A stretch of DNA of 64,000 bases from an uncultured archaeon (lineage in GTDB: Archaea; Thermoproteota; Bathyarchaeia; Bathyarchaeales; Bathycorpusculaceae), in assembly GCA_963782915.1 (NCBI GenBank), contig CAWALK010000012.1:288001-352000 (forward strand), read 5' to 3'. Below, piece after piece: positions 19,764-29,936 of this stretch (positions within the stretch are counted from its first letter, which is position 1; the number at the start of each line of letters is the position of its first letter). The notes under the pieces were generated by a model. That model worked only from the letters and a program-made list of their open reading frames with translations, ran no database searches and was not told the origin of the DNA. The position numbers and the translations under genes were made by a program.

Positions 19764-20305
19764 TACTGGTCATAGACATGAATTACAAGCGGGATTCGCT
19801 GGGGTATAACGAATTCGTTTTGCCCATTGTTTCAGTCCTTGAACCGCTTGAGAAGTGTGTTGCGAAGCACTTCTTGGATGTTGACCCTTCGGACCTGGAT
19901 GGTTACAGTAGAATCATCCTGTCTGGAACCACGCTCAAGGACTTCGAGGCCCAAAGACACCTCGACACCTTGCAGTGGATAAAAAATTGCAACAAACCCA
20001 TCTTAGGAGTTTGCGCAGGCATGCAAATCACAAGCCTCATCTACGGTGTGCCCTTAACGCCATGCCTGCAGGTGGGAATGACGGAGATCACCACACAAAA
20101 AGCCAACCCGCTATTCGAAGGTACCTTCCAAGCCTACACTCTCCACAGCCTCTCAGTTAAGCCATCGGAAACCTTTGAGGTCTTGGCAAATTCAGCAAAA
20201 TGCATCCAAGCCGTTAAACATAAACAAAAACCAATCTATGGAGTCTTATTCCACCCCGAAGTGCGAAACCAAGGGATTTTAAAAAAATTCTTGCAGGTTC
20301 AATAA
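19760..20305 (+). CDS. Stand-alone class I glutamine amidotransferase
   Basis: PILGVCAGMQ (Cys nucleophile) and FHPE (His/Glu); ATGA overlap with dph6. Confidence 0.88.
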   Translation: MILVIDMNYKRDSLGYNEFVLPIVSVLEPLEKCVAKHFLDVDPSDLDGYSRIILSGTTLKDFEAQRHLDTLQWIKNCNKPILGVCAGMQITSLIYGVPLTPCLQVGMTEITTQKANPLFEGTFQAYTLHSLSVKPSETFEVLANSAKCIQAVKHKQKPIYGVLFHPEVRNQGILKKFLQVQ

Positions 20306-20338
20306 AAAAGAGGGAAAAGTAGGGAAATTAGGGCTGTT

Positions 20339-21452
20339 TTAAGTTGCGGCTAAACCAGTCGTTGATGCAGGTAATCCTGCTATGTTCGTTACTTGCCAGA
20401 GACCGCCGTCGGTTGGGTACACTTTGAACCCTGTGATGTTGTTGCCGTTTAAGTGCATATAGAAATTCACTGTTGTTGCTTAATGCCAAATCGAGCGCTG
20501 GAGAACTGACTTTTGCTGCGATTGAGCTGGATAGGAGTAGAATGCCGTTAGATGCGATTGCATAGGTTGAGATTGTTCCGCTTGCAGCGTTAGTTGTGAA
20601 AGCCCAATCACCAGCGGTTGTTGTTAATAGCCAGCAGGGAGCCATTTGGAAGTCTGGCAATGCGCCGCTGATTGTTCGCAGTGAACCGTTAGGAGTCCAA
20701 GTGAACGAGGACACAGTGTTGGATGCTGCTTCACTCATAACCAGAAAGCCGTTTGGTGTGAATGCGAATCCGAAGGGTCCGTTGCCTACTGAAGTCATCA
20801 TGTTAGGTGCGCTTGCTACTCCTGTGCTTGAAACAGCGTAGATGTCGGTCATGTTGGCGGCTTTTTCAGTGACGACCAGCATTGTTCCAGTGGGGTTGAA
20901 TCCGATTTGTTCTGGTGAACTATTCTTGACTCCGCTTAAGGGTTGAGTTGATCCCGCAATGAAGGTTAACTTTCCAGTCTGGTTAACCATGAATCCTGCG
21001 ATGTTGCCAGCTACGGTTGCTGAACCATTATTGAGGACATAGACCCAGTTGCCGTTGACTGTAATGCTTATTGGTGCCATGCCATGCGAACTAACAACGT
21101 CTGTAAGTGTTAATGCTGTGTTGTTGACTTGGAACACGGATATGTTGTCGCTGCCTGCGTTGACGACAAAAAGCCATTTGCCATCCTGACTAAGGGTGAC
21201 TGCGCCTTGACTGTCAAGTTTACTGCCAGTGCCATTGCCCATTGTTGGGGTACTGCCAGAAACCACCAATGTACCGTCGGACATGCGGTTGAATTGCCAA
21301 ACATTATTCGCCATTGCATTGTCGATTGTGTAGACTTTGCCGACCACTGTTACCGTTGTTGCATTAATCATTGTTGCTGCAGAGACCATCGCTAAAACAG
21401 CTACTAAAATTGTTGCGATTGCTAAAAGTTTCTTTCTCATGCTTTGTTTCAT
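20339..21452 (-). CDS. Secreted 7-bladed beta-propeller, lactonase family (3' frameshift)
   Basis: Signal peptide, LSQDGKWLFVVNAGSDNISVF, GPFGFAF, APCW. Confidence 0.8.
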
Positions 21453-21649
21453 CCTCTTTTACTAGTTGAGGATACCTTCATCGGAGGAAAACCGTGTTTA
21501 TACGATTATGTGGGTTGGATTGATTCAATTGCGGGAAGCCGCAGCTACAAGAAGATAGTCACAGGCGCACGCATGTTACCGTTTGGCAAAAAAGGTTAAA
21601 AGTTAAGACATCATTCCTTTTGTAGTGAAGTTTTAGGAGGATTTTTGTT

Positions 21650-24070
21650 TTGGTTAACAAGTTACCAGTAGAGAAACTTAGGAATGTCTGTGACGCTAAT
21701 TTTATGCATTGCGAATCAACAAAGGATTTGGTGCCACTAGCTGAAATTATTGGGCAAGAACGCGCTGTCCGTGCCCTCAAGTTTGGGTTAGGCATCAAAA
21801 ATCACGGCTTCAACATGTATGTAGCTGGGTATCCAGGGACAGGGCGAAAAACTGCGGTCAAAAGCTTCGTGGAAGCCCAAGCTAAAACGCAACCTGTACC
21901 CGCTGACTGGTGCTACGTGAACAATTTCGGCAACCAATATGAACCCAAAGCGATCCAGTTGCCGCCAGGTAAGGGCAAAGAATTCCGCGAAGACACCAAA
22001 AGCTTCATCGAAAACGTCAAAACCGCACTTCCGAAAGCTTTTGAAAGCGAAGATTACGTGGCAAGAAGAGAAGCAACCCTGCGGGGCTTAGAGAATAATC
22101 GAAAACAACTCATCGATGCCCTAAACGCAAAAGCACAAAGCGAAGGCTTCGTAATCCAAACAACCCCCGTTGGCTTGCTGCTCATTCCAGTTTTAGACGG
22201 CAAACCACTCAGCGAAGAAGAAATACTTGCGTTACCACAGAAAACGAAAGATAAGTTAGCTGAGAAGCGGGAGAAACTTGAGAAAGAATTCACCAACACA
22301 ATGCGTCAACTCATCGATATGGAACGGCAGATTCATGAGGCCTTAAAGAAGCTCAACAAAGAAGTGGCTCTGTATGCTCTTGGTAGCCAAATGCAGAATC
22401 TACTGGAAAAGTATCAGGCTACTTCCGAAGTTACGGGTTTCCTCAAAGCCGTCGAGAATGATATTTTGGATAATTTAGCCCAGTTCGTCCGAAGAGGCGG
22501 CGCAGAAGCCCAACAGCAGCTGCCCTTTGCGATGCCATGGATGAAAGAGGAACCATACAAAAAATATGAAGTCAACGTCGTCATCGACAACTCTGAAACC
22601 AAAGGTGCACCCGTAGTCGTGGAAACCAACCCAACCTACCATAACCTGCTGGGCAGAACCGAGAAGGAAGCTCAATTCGGCGCGTTAACCACCGATTTTA
22701 GCATGATCCGAGGAGGCTCCATCCACAAAGCCAACGGCGGCTACCTTATCATACCAGTCGAGGATTTGCTGCGCAACCCCTTCAGCTACGACGGCTTAAA
22801 ACGGGACCTAAGAGACGGTAACATGGCTATCGAGGAACCCGAAGAACGCTATGGATTTTTGAGCGTTAAAACCCTCAAACCCCAACCTATCCCATTAACA
22901 GCCAAAGTCATACTCATCGGAGACCCCAACATATACCAGATGATGTTCAGCTTAGACCCAGACTTCCGTGAACTCTTCAAAATCAAAGCTGAATTCGATA
23001 CCACAATGCCTCGTACCGAGGAGAAAGTCAGACAGTACGGAGCCTTTGTATGCGGCTTATGCGAGAAAGAAAACCTAAAACATCTCGATGGTGGCGGATT
23101 AGCCAAACTAATCGAATACAGCTCAAGAATCATAGAGGACCAGTATAAACTCTCTACACAATTCTCCCATATCGCTGATGTCGTAAGAGAAGCGAACTTC
23201 TACGCGGAACTGGACAAGTCTGAATTTATCACAGCGGATCATGTCAAAAGAGCGATAGAAGAAAAGATCTATCGCAGCAAACTCATTCAAGAAAAAATCC
23301 AAGAAATGATAGCCCGAGGCTTCTTCCTCATCGATACCCATGAACAGACGGTGGGGCAAGTCAACGGCTTATCCGTTATGGGCTTGGGTGACTTTGCGTT
23401 TGGCATGCCTTCACGTGTCACTGTTAGCATCGGATTGGGCAGAGAAGGCGTAATCGACATTGAAAGAGAAGCCAAAATGGGTGGACCCATCCACACCAAA
23501 GGTGTACTGATCTTAAGCGGTTACATGAACGACAAATACGCACGCGACAAACCACTAAGCCTCAACGCCAGATTGGTTTTTGAGCAGAACTATGAGGGCG
23601 TCGAAGGCGACAGCGCATCCAGCACCGAACTCTACAGCATCCTCTCCTCACTCAGCGGACTGCCAATAAAACAGAACCTCGCCGTTACGGGCTCAGTGAA
23701 CCAGAAGGGCGAAGTGCAAGCTATCGGTGGCGTCAACGAGAAAATCGAGGGTTTCTTTGAAGTCTGCAAAGCCAAAGGACTCAGCGGCGAGCAGGGCGTC
23801 ATGATTCCTGAGAGCAACGTGCAGAATCTGATGCTAAAAGAAGAAGTCTTGGATGCGGTGAAGGCTGGGCAATTCAATATCTACTCGGTGAAGTCGATTG
23901 ATGAGGGCATCGAAGTTTTAACTGGCACAAAGGCTGGGCAACGGAAAGTAGACGGCACCTATGAAGAGGGCACAGTGAATTTCTTGGTGGATAAGGCGTT
24001 GCGGGAGATGGCGGATAAACTCAAAGAGTACCCAGCTGTTGAGATGAAACCCAGAAAAACCGAAGAGTAA
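21650..24070 (+). CDS. LonC-type soluble Lon-like protease
   Basis: GQERA, long coiled-coil insert, VEGDSAS Ser and EKIEGFF Lys dyad; no TM segment; degenerate Walker motifs. Confidence 0.92.
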   Translation: MVNKLPVEKLRNVCDANFMHCESTKDLVPLAEIIGQERAVRALKFGLGIKNHGFNMYVAGYPGTGRKTAVKSFVEAQAKTQPVPADWCYVNNFGNQYEPKAIQLPPGKGKEFREDTKSFIENVKTALPKAFESEDYVARREATLRGLENNRKQLIDALNAKAQSEGFVIQTTPVGLLLIPVLDGKPLSEEEILALPQKTKDKLAEKREKLEKEFTNTMRQLIDMERQIHEALKKLNKEVALYALGSQMQNLLEKYQATSEVTGFLKAVENDILDNLAQFVRRGGAEAQQQLPFAMPWMKEEPYKKYEVNVVIDNSETKGAPVVVETNPTYHNLLGRTEKEAQFGALTTDFSMIRGGSIHKANGGYLIIPVEDLLRNPFSYDGLKRDLRDGNMAIEEPEERYGFLSVKTLKPQPIPLTAKVILIGDPNIYQMMFSLDPDFRELFKIKAEFDTTMPRTEEKVRQYGAFVCGLCEKENLKHLDGGGLAKLIEYSSRIIEDQYKLSTQFSHIADVVREANFYAELDKSEFITADHVKRAIEEKIYRSKLIQEKIQEMIARGFFLIDTHEQTVGQVNGLSVMGLGDFAFGMPSRVTVSIGLGREGVIDIEREAKMGGPIHTKGVLILSGYMNDKYARDKPLSLNARLVFEQNYEGVEGDSASSTELYSILSSLSGLPIKQNLAVTGSVNQKGEVQAIGGVNEKIEGFFEVCKAKGLSGEQGVMIPESNVQNLMLKEEVLDAVKAGQFNIYSVKSIDEGIEVLTGTKAGQRKVDGTYEEGTVNFLVDKALREMADKLKEYPAVEMKPRKTEE

Positions 24071-24162
24071 TCTTATCCTCTTCTTTTTATTTTTGTGATT
24101 GTTGCACTCGCTGTTGTTTTGGTTGCTGCGTTTTAGCGAAGAAAATAGCCTTGCCTATTTAT

Positions 24163-24185
24163 CCTTTAAATAAGGGAGGGGGTAG
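24163..24185 (+). repeat. Dispersed TATA/G-tract element, copy 2 (core only)
   Basis: CCTTTAAATAAGGGAGGGGGTAG. Confidence 0.65.
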
Positions 24186-24545
24186 GTGCTTTGAGGTAGG
24201 TAGGCCAGTGTGTTTTGCCAACCGTATCTGCTTGTGGAAATCTCCATAACCAACCTGCAATCTCCATTTAACGCAGAAACCACTAAGCAGCCGCCAGCAA
24301 AGCCTACAGAAAAAAGAAGGGTAAAGGAGCGCTCTACCTTATTCTAACAATAAAAACCCTCTGCCAAAAAAAACAAGCAATCAACCGATTAAAAACGGGC
24401 ATAGGCAGATTTGCATGTGTATATCTGTTCTTCAGTAACAAGAAACTGGCGCAAAACCAAAAGAATTAAGACTACTGATACCGATTTCTGCTCAAGATTG
24501 TAGCTAATCAAAGCTTAACTACCCAACCTTAGAATAATTTGTCAG

Positions 24546-24782
24546 GTGCAAGCGGTGTCAAAGAGAAGAATTCAGCGTAAACGAAGCAAAGGCTTAGTAT
24601 TATTACTGCTTCCCGCGCTTATCTTCATCGGCGTCATCGGTTGGCTAGCTTATACGTTGGAACTGCCAAGTCGAAAAGCCCCAAAACACCAGCCTAAGAC
24701 ACTCCGAACCCAAACTGGCGACGACGGCGTAACATTATTCCCAGCAATCTACGAAGAAAACCAAGAATTACCCAATCAATAA
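24546..24782 (+). CDS. Small single-pass membrane protein
   Basis: Basic N-terminus, one TM helix. Confidence 0.6.
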   Translation: MQAVSKRRIQRKRSKGLVLLLLPALIFIGVIGWLAYTLELPSRKAPKHQPKTLRTQTGDDGVTLFPAIYEENQELPNQ

Positions 24783-24878
24783 CCCGTTTGCGCCACAAAA
24801 ACCTGGGTTAATCGCTTACTTGTTGTACACCTGACACAGTCACAACACCATTTATAGTCGGTAAAATAATATTTTTTT

Positions 24879-25081
24879 GCGAGAAATAGCCATCCAAGAG
24901 GTACACCCAAGCTTGGCGGGTCAGCAGGTTAAAACGGACGCATCATCCCCCAAGACCCATAAGAAGGATATGGGATCTACTTTTGATGTGCGCTGCGGGT
25001 TAACAGTGGCGATCCGTCCAGGCATACTTTTGGATACTCACTTTTAGTCACCTCTCCCCTCTACAGGCATGTCGTTTCTGC
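24879..25081. ncRNA. Candidate structured non-coding RNA containing a C/D-box (K-turn) hairpin
   Basis: Several nested helices; minus strand CTTGGGGG-ATGATGC-N15-CTGA-CCCGCCAAG; no ORF of 60 aa or more in the track. Confidence 0.35.
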
Positions 25082-25132
25082 ATCGGTACTTATTAGCGCT
25101 ATGAAGCAAATGCTAACTTCCGTGAAACTACA

Positions 25133-25513
25133 TTGAGTTACAAAGAACGTATGCACCCAAAAGTAAGCAAAGCAGAAATCGACCTCTTCAAAGCATTAAG
25201 CCAAGCTAACCTAACAACCGGCATGGTTACACAGCAACAAATCATCCTAAAATCCACCCTACCCGACTTCTGCTGGATGGAGAAACGCAAAATCGTCTAC
25301 CTCGACGGCAACCCGGTGCATAAAAAAGACAAACAACTAGAACACGACGAAGAAATCGACAATCTCCTAACAAAACAAGGTTGGGATGTGTTGCGCATAA
25401 AGTATGATCCGCCATTAACCGAGAAGGGCTTGGCAAAGATTATGGCGCAGGTTAAAGAGTTTTTAAACGCGGACGAGGAACCTGTCAGGTACGAGCCTGA
25501 GCTTTTTCCGTAA
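25133..25513 (+). CDS. DUF559/Vsr-like PD-(D/E)xK endonuclease domain protein
   Basis: PDF...IVYLDG..H...D...L...GWDVLRI. Confidence 0.75.
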   Translation: MSYKERMHPKVSKAEIDLFKALSQANLTTGMVTQQQIILKSTLPDFCWMEKRKIVYLDGNPVHKKDKQLEHDEEIDNLLTKQGWDVLRIKYDPPLTEKGLAKIMAQVKEFLNADEEPVRYEPELFP

Positions 25514-25569
25514 CGTTTTAGTTAACCAACAAATTTCTAGTGGTACAGCAATTTTTTGAGGTTTAAATT

Positions 25570-26497
25570 ATGAGTCAAAAGGCAGACGTAGTCATCATCG
25601 GCGCCGGACCGGCCGGATTGAGTGCAGCCATCTACACATCATGGCTTGGACTAAAAACAACCGTTTTAGAGTCAGGGATTTCAGGCGGCAGAGCATATTT
25701 AGCGCCGAAAATCGAGAATTACCCCGGTTTCCCCGAAGGAATCAAAGGCAGCGAACTCACCGAAAAAATGAGAATGCAGGCAGAACGCTTCAAAGCCCAA
25801 TTGCAAAGCGACGAAGAGGTTGTAGGAATCGAAATCAAGGACTCAAAGAAACAAGTGATTTCGCGTAAGCAAACCTATGAAGCCTCCGCAATCATCATAG
25901 CCACCGGAACACAGAGACGAAAACTCCGCGTTGAGGGCGAAACAGAATTTTTGGGCAGAGGTGTAAGTTACTGCGCCACCTGCGACGGACCCTTCTTCCG
26001 CAAAAAAGCGGTGGCGGTGGTTGGTAATAGTGAGGAAGCAGCGATTGATGCGTTGGCACTCTGCGACTTAGCCTCCAAAGTTACTATCGTTAGTCAAGAG
26101 GAGAGGCTTGAAATGGAGGGTGCACTGCTTGATAGGTTGAGGACTAAAACTAACGTTGAATTTGTTATGGGTAAAGTTACCCAAATCGAGGGCGACCAAG
26201 TGGTGAGTGCCATAAAAATCGAGGATTTCCAAACCAAACAGGAACTAGAGCGTGAAGTTAAAGGGGTCTTTGTTGCTTTGGGCGGGGTTCCACTTAACGG
26301 CGATAGTACAGAAAGCCGGTATAGCTACGGATAGGACAGGATGTTTAACGGTTGATAGGCGTCAGCAAACCAATGTTGCCGGTGTCTTCGCTGCGGGAGA
26401 CTGCACCTGCGGAGGTATGCAGGTTGTTACGGCTGCCGGTGAGGGCGCAATAGCAGGGATGAGGGCTTCGGCGTATATCAGAAGAGGCACCGCTTAA
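25570..26497 (+). CDS. trxB: Thioredoxin reductase (frameshifted)
   Basis: GAGPAG, GVSYCATCDG, VFAAGD, AAGEGA. Confidence 0.92.
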
Positions 26498-26543
26498 CCT
26501 CTTCGTTTGATTGCTTCCTTTTTAAAAATTAATCCAAATAGTA

Positions 26544-27734
26544 TCATTTTACGTTTCGGAATAAATACCAAAACAGAACAATCGAAACAAGATAGATTAT
26601 CCCTGATAAAATAAAAGGCGCTGCCAAAAGCCCCAAACTCAACAGGTAAGCACCCAAAAAAGTGCTCAAAGCATTAGGCAAACTCCACAACGCCGAACTT
26701 ATCCCTGAAGCTACACCCCGCTCATCCTCAACTACAATACCCATAATCAGCGACTGCTCCAGTGGAGTGGACAGATTTATCAGAAAACTTCGAACTGTAT
26801 ATGTAAACCCAGCCAAAATAAAACCTGGCGCAAAAGGAGTTGCAAACATGAAGATTGTTGAGACCCCCTGAGTAATCGTGATAGCTTTAACGATACCGAC
26901 TCTTTTTGCTAGCCAGGGTCCAGTTAACGTTGCTGCTCCAGTTACCATGGCAGATAACCCCAGTATGGGGCCGCTGACTGTATCTAAGATGCCATATTGT
27001 AACCCCAGCCATGCAGTCATCAATGGAACCACCAAGCCTGCGCCCACAGCAACCAAGGCACTAGTGAAGATATATCGCAATAACGGATCAGTCGATTTAT
27101 GAGGCAAAAGATTCCGCCAGGCGACTCCATGTCTTTTGACTCTTCGGGGTTCACTGACGCCTAACATGAACAAGGTTGAGCTTAGGCTCAGGATTGCTAA
27201 AATGATGTAGAGTAGAATGTGCCCTTCTTGGTTGTTAAACCCATAACTCTCAAAAATGAGTATTACAGGAATAATCAAGCTGCCTACACCAAACGCTAAA
27301 CTTTGCACAAAACCAAACAACGAGTAGGCGCTGGTTCGCCGTTTTTCCTGTGCTTTCTCGGCAAGCAATGCGTTGGCAGAAGCCGCAAAAGCCGCTTCAG
27401 AAACTCCTTCTATAACTGCTGCTGCCAGCAAAACTGCAACGTTGGTGGTTAATGCGAAGACTGCGATTATGGCGCTTGCCATTATGTTTCCGACTATGTA
27501 GAGCCTTTTTCTTCCGTATTTGTCAGCGGCAGCGCCCAAGGGGATGCTTGCAACAAAAGTCGATATCCCCATAACCGTTATAATTAAACCCATTATTGGA
27601 ATTGATAAGCCCTGAACTGCAGTTAGGAAGAAAGCGATGTCAGTGTAGAACATGCCGTAGGCAACAAAAGGCAATGCAGCTGAGTAAATCAGGTATTTAG
27701 CCTCTCGGGGCAATCCACGGTAACTGCTGAACAA
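26544..27734 (-). CDS. MFS transporter
   Basis: About 12 TM; G..ADKYGRKR motif A. Confidence 0.9.
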   Translation of the reverse strand: MFSSYRGLPREAKYLIYSAALPFVAYGMFYTDIAFFLTAVQGLSIPIMGLIITVMGISTFVASIPLGAAADKYGRKRLYIVGNIMASAIIAVFALTTNVAVLLAAAVIEGVSEAAFAASANALLAEKAQEKRRTSAYSLFGFVQSLAFGVGSLIIPVILIFESYGFNNQEGHILLYIILAILSLSSTLFMLGVSEPRRVKRHGVAWRNLLPHKSTDPLLRYIFTSALVAVGAGLVVPLMTAWLGLQYGILDTVSGPILGLSAMVTGAATLTGPWLAKRVGIVKAITITQGVSTIFMFATPFAPGFILAGFTYTVRSFLINLSTPLEQSLIMGIVVEDERGVASGISSALWSLPNALSTFLGAYLLSLGLLAAPFILSGIIYLVSIVLFWYLFRNVK

Positions 27735-27906
27735 AATATATTCATCTGCTAAAAATTAGCTTATCTATAGGATAATGTGGCGTTTTCTGACTTATCCTTT
27801 GCTATACCAAAAACAGCTAAACCCCACAAAGAGCATTAATCGTCCAAAAAAGCGTAAAACAATGGAAAAAACATCAGCTTTTTGAGTATCTAACCTATAT
27901 AGGGAA

Positions 27907-28650
27907 ATGTACAATGTAGGATGTCGGTTTTCAAGAAAGAGTCCAACCCAGTTGGGGGTCCTCGCTTTTTCAAGACAGCTCTGGCAAACAAAAATCGGAA
28001 GAGAAAAGAGTTTGAACCACAAAAAACCTGCAGTAATGGAGTATCTCGCATTCCTATCGATAAAGAACGGCATGTACCTCAGCGAAATCTACCAAGCCTT
28101 AGTTGTAGCCAGAGAAAAACAGAAAACCACCTGCAAAGACCTAACGGTTGAGTACCGAGGCAGCGTAAAAAGAGAGGCTATTTTCCTAATTACCAAAGGT
28201 CCAACCATGATTGGGCAATTCCGAGTGGCAGAAGAACTACTGCGCAAAACAGACATCTGTTTCGAAAGCTGGCTAGACACCGACAAAATACGCAAACAAC
28301 TGAATAGGCGCACACCGAAAATGGCAGTTATGGTTCAAGACATGCGCCATGGAATGAAAAAAGTCAACTTAGAAGCAAAAGTCATTGAAACCCCAGAAGC
28401 GTCAATAGTGCAGACACGTTATGGAAACAGCGCCAAATTAACCAACGCTATGGTTGCTGACGAGACAGGAAAAATTAAGCTTTGCCTCTGGAATGAACAA
28501 GCTGACCAAATAGCGGTTGGGGATACCGTGCAGATTAAAGATGCGTCAGTCGCTACTTTTAAGGGTGAGAGGCAGTTGCGTCTTGGCAAAAATGGGACAA
28601 TTACGGTCATGCCCAAAATAGTGGAAATCAAGCCAGTTCAGAAGAGCTAA
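27907..28650 (+). CDS. OB-fold ssDNA-binding (RPA/SSB-like) protein with N-terminal extension
   Basis: VADETGKIKLCLWNEQ...GDTVQI...FKGERQL; start uncertain. Confidence 0.82.
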   Translation: MYNVGCRFSRKSPTQLGVLAFSRQLWQTKIGREKSLNHKKPAVMEYLAFLSIKNGMYLSEIYQALVVAREKQKTTCKDLTVEYRGSVKREAIFLITKGPTMIGQFRVAEELLRKTDICFESWLDTDKIRKQLNRRTPKMAVMVQDMRHGMKKVNLEAKVIETPEASIVQTRYGNSAKLTNAMVADETGKIKLCLWNEQADQIAVGDTVQIKDASVATFKGERQLRLGKNGTITVMPKIVEIKPVQKS

Positions 28651-28780
28651 AAAAGCTTCATTTATCCTTTTTAGATAACACGCAAAAAGCAACAGTGCCA
28701 ACTGGGCAAATTTACGATGACTTTAGCTGCTGGACTATAAGAAAAATTTAGATGCAATCAACGCATAACATGCCTGCAAG

Positions 28781-29467
28781 GTGTGACTGAAAATAAACGA
28801 TTTTCCGCCCGTAACCTTCAAACTCGGAAACGGCGAAACAAAAAGCGACCGCGAATGGCTAAAAAAGAAAAAAGAGTACCTTGACAAACTATGGGGTACA
28901 AGCGGCCCAAAAATACTGCGGAAAATCGAAGAAGCCTGCGGTGACACCTTCACAAACACCTCCAAACAAGACGGAATCATAGTTCTACTGCACAAGAAAA
29001 CGCCAAAAAGCGAAATCAGCGGTTTCCTCAACGAGGAGAATCCCCTTGAAATCAACTTGTTTCTAACAAAAAGTGATGCCACCGATTCTTTAAAGGAACT
29101 TTTGGTCCGTACGCTTGCTCATTCGTTTATTCAGCAACAGTATGAGTTTCATTTTAGGATGAGGGAGCAAACATTGTTTGAGGACATTTTGGCGGATGAA
29201 CTGGTTACTTCGATGGTTAGTTTTACGGTGTTGGGAAGAAAGCTTGGAAAAGCAAACTGCGCCGAAGCACTTGACCAAGCTATAGAGCAGACAGTTTATA
29301 GGTTATCACAGAAGACAGCGCGAACTAAACTGGTGGATACCCTGTACGGTTTCTTTCAAGAGCAACCTGCAAACGGTAAGAACCAGAAAAGGGATGTTTT
29401 AGCAAGCCGAGAAGAGTTAATATCCAAACTACTTGAATTCTTACCCAAAACCGATAACATCAATTAA
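28781..29467 (+). CDS. Hypothetical protein (5' frameshift), zincin-like with degenerate HExxH
   Basis: The frame of the 29057 ORF is open from about 28800 (FPPVTFKLGNGE...); LVRTLAH sits where HELAH would be expected. Confidence 0.55.
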
Positions 29468-29479
29468 TTATTAAGAATT

Positions 29480-29595
29480 TGGCGCCGAGAGGGGGATTCG
29501 AACCCCCGTGGCCCCGAAAGGCCACAAGCTATCAGGTAACCTCCTGAAGAGGTGAATCTCCAGGCTTGCTCCCTGCCTGGCTAGGAGACCTCGGC
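29480..29595 (-). tRNA. tRNA-Ser(GGA) with 27-nt canonical 37/38 intron (29531-29557); CCA encoded
   Basis: Acceptor GCCGAGG/TCTCGGC, anticodon arm CAAGC-CT-GGA-G|A-GCTTG, long variable arm GTGGCC-TTTCG-GGGCCAC, GGTTCGAATCC. Confidence 0.93.
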
Positions 29596-29886
29596 ATACA
29601 ATGTACCAGTAGCCAGTGGCTGGTTTGCACAAGTTCTCTGACTTTTGCAGAATTTAAAGCTTTATCGAAGTTAAGCTATGCTGAATCGTTGAGCAACTGT
29701 TATTAAAACAATCAAGCAGAAAGAACGGCCTTCAAAGAGAGGAAAAGCCGTCAATTGGCTGTATCGGTAAAGAGATGGATGCACCTGCCCAATCAAGTCT
29801 GAGTATATTCAGGTTAATCACGAAGCTATGCATAGGATTATTGAGGGATAGGTAACTATTTGGGATTATCCAGCCAAAAATTAGTG

Positions 29887-29925
29887 CTATATATAAGGGA
29901 GGGGGGTCTGTGCAGAGCAACAAAA
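29887..29925 (+). repeat. Dispersed TATA/G-tract element, copy 3
   Basis: CTATATATAAGGGAGGGGGGTCTGTGCAGAGCAACAAAA. Confidence 0.75.
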
Positions 29926-29936
29926 TCGGTGGCATG

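Noticed and set aside
25133-25513. DUF559/Vsr-like nuclease as a defence or mobile system
   Set aside because: Solitary gene with no adjacent methyltransferase, helicase, transposase or flanking repeats.
29596-29936. Integrated element at tRNA-Ser (also considered at tRNA-Glu and tRNA-Thr)
   Set aside because: No integrase and no duplicated tRNA 3' end was seen in the window.
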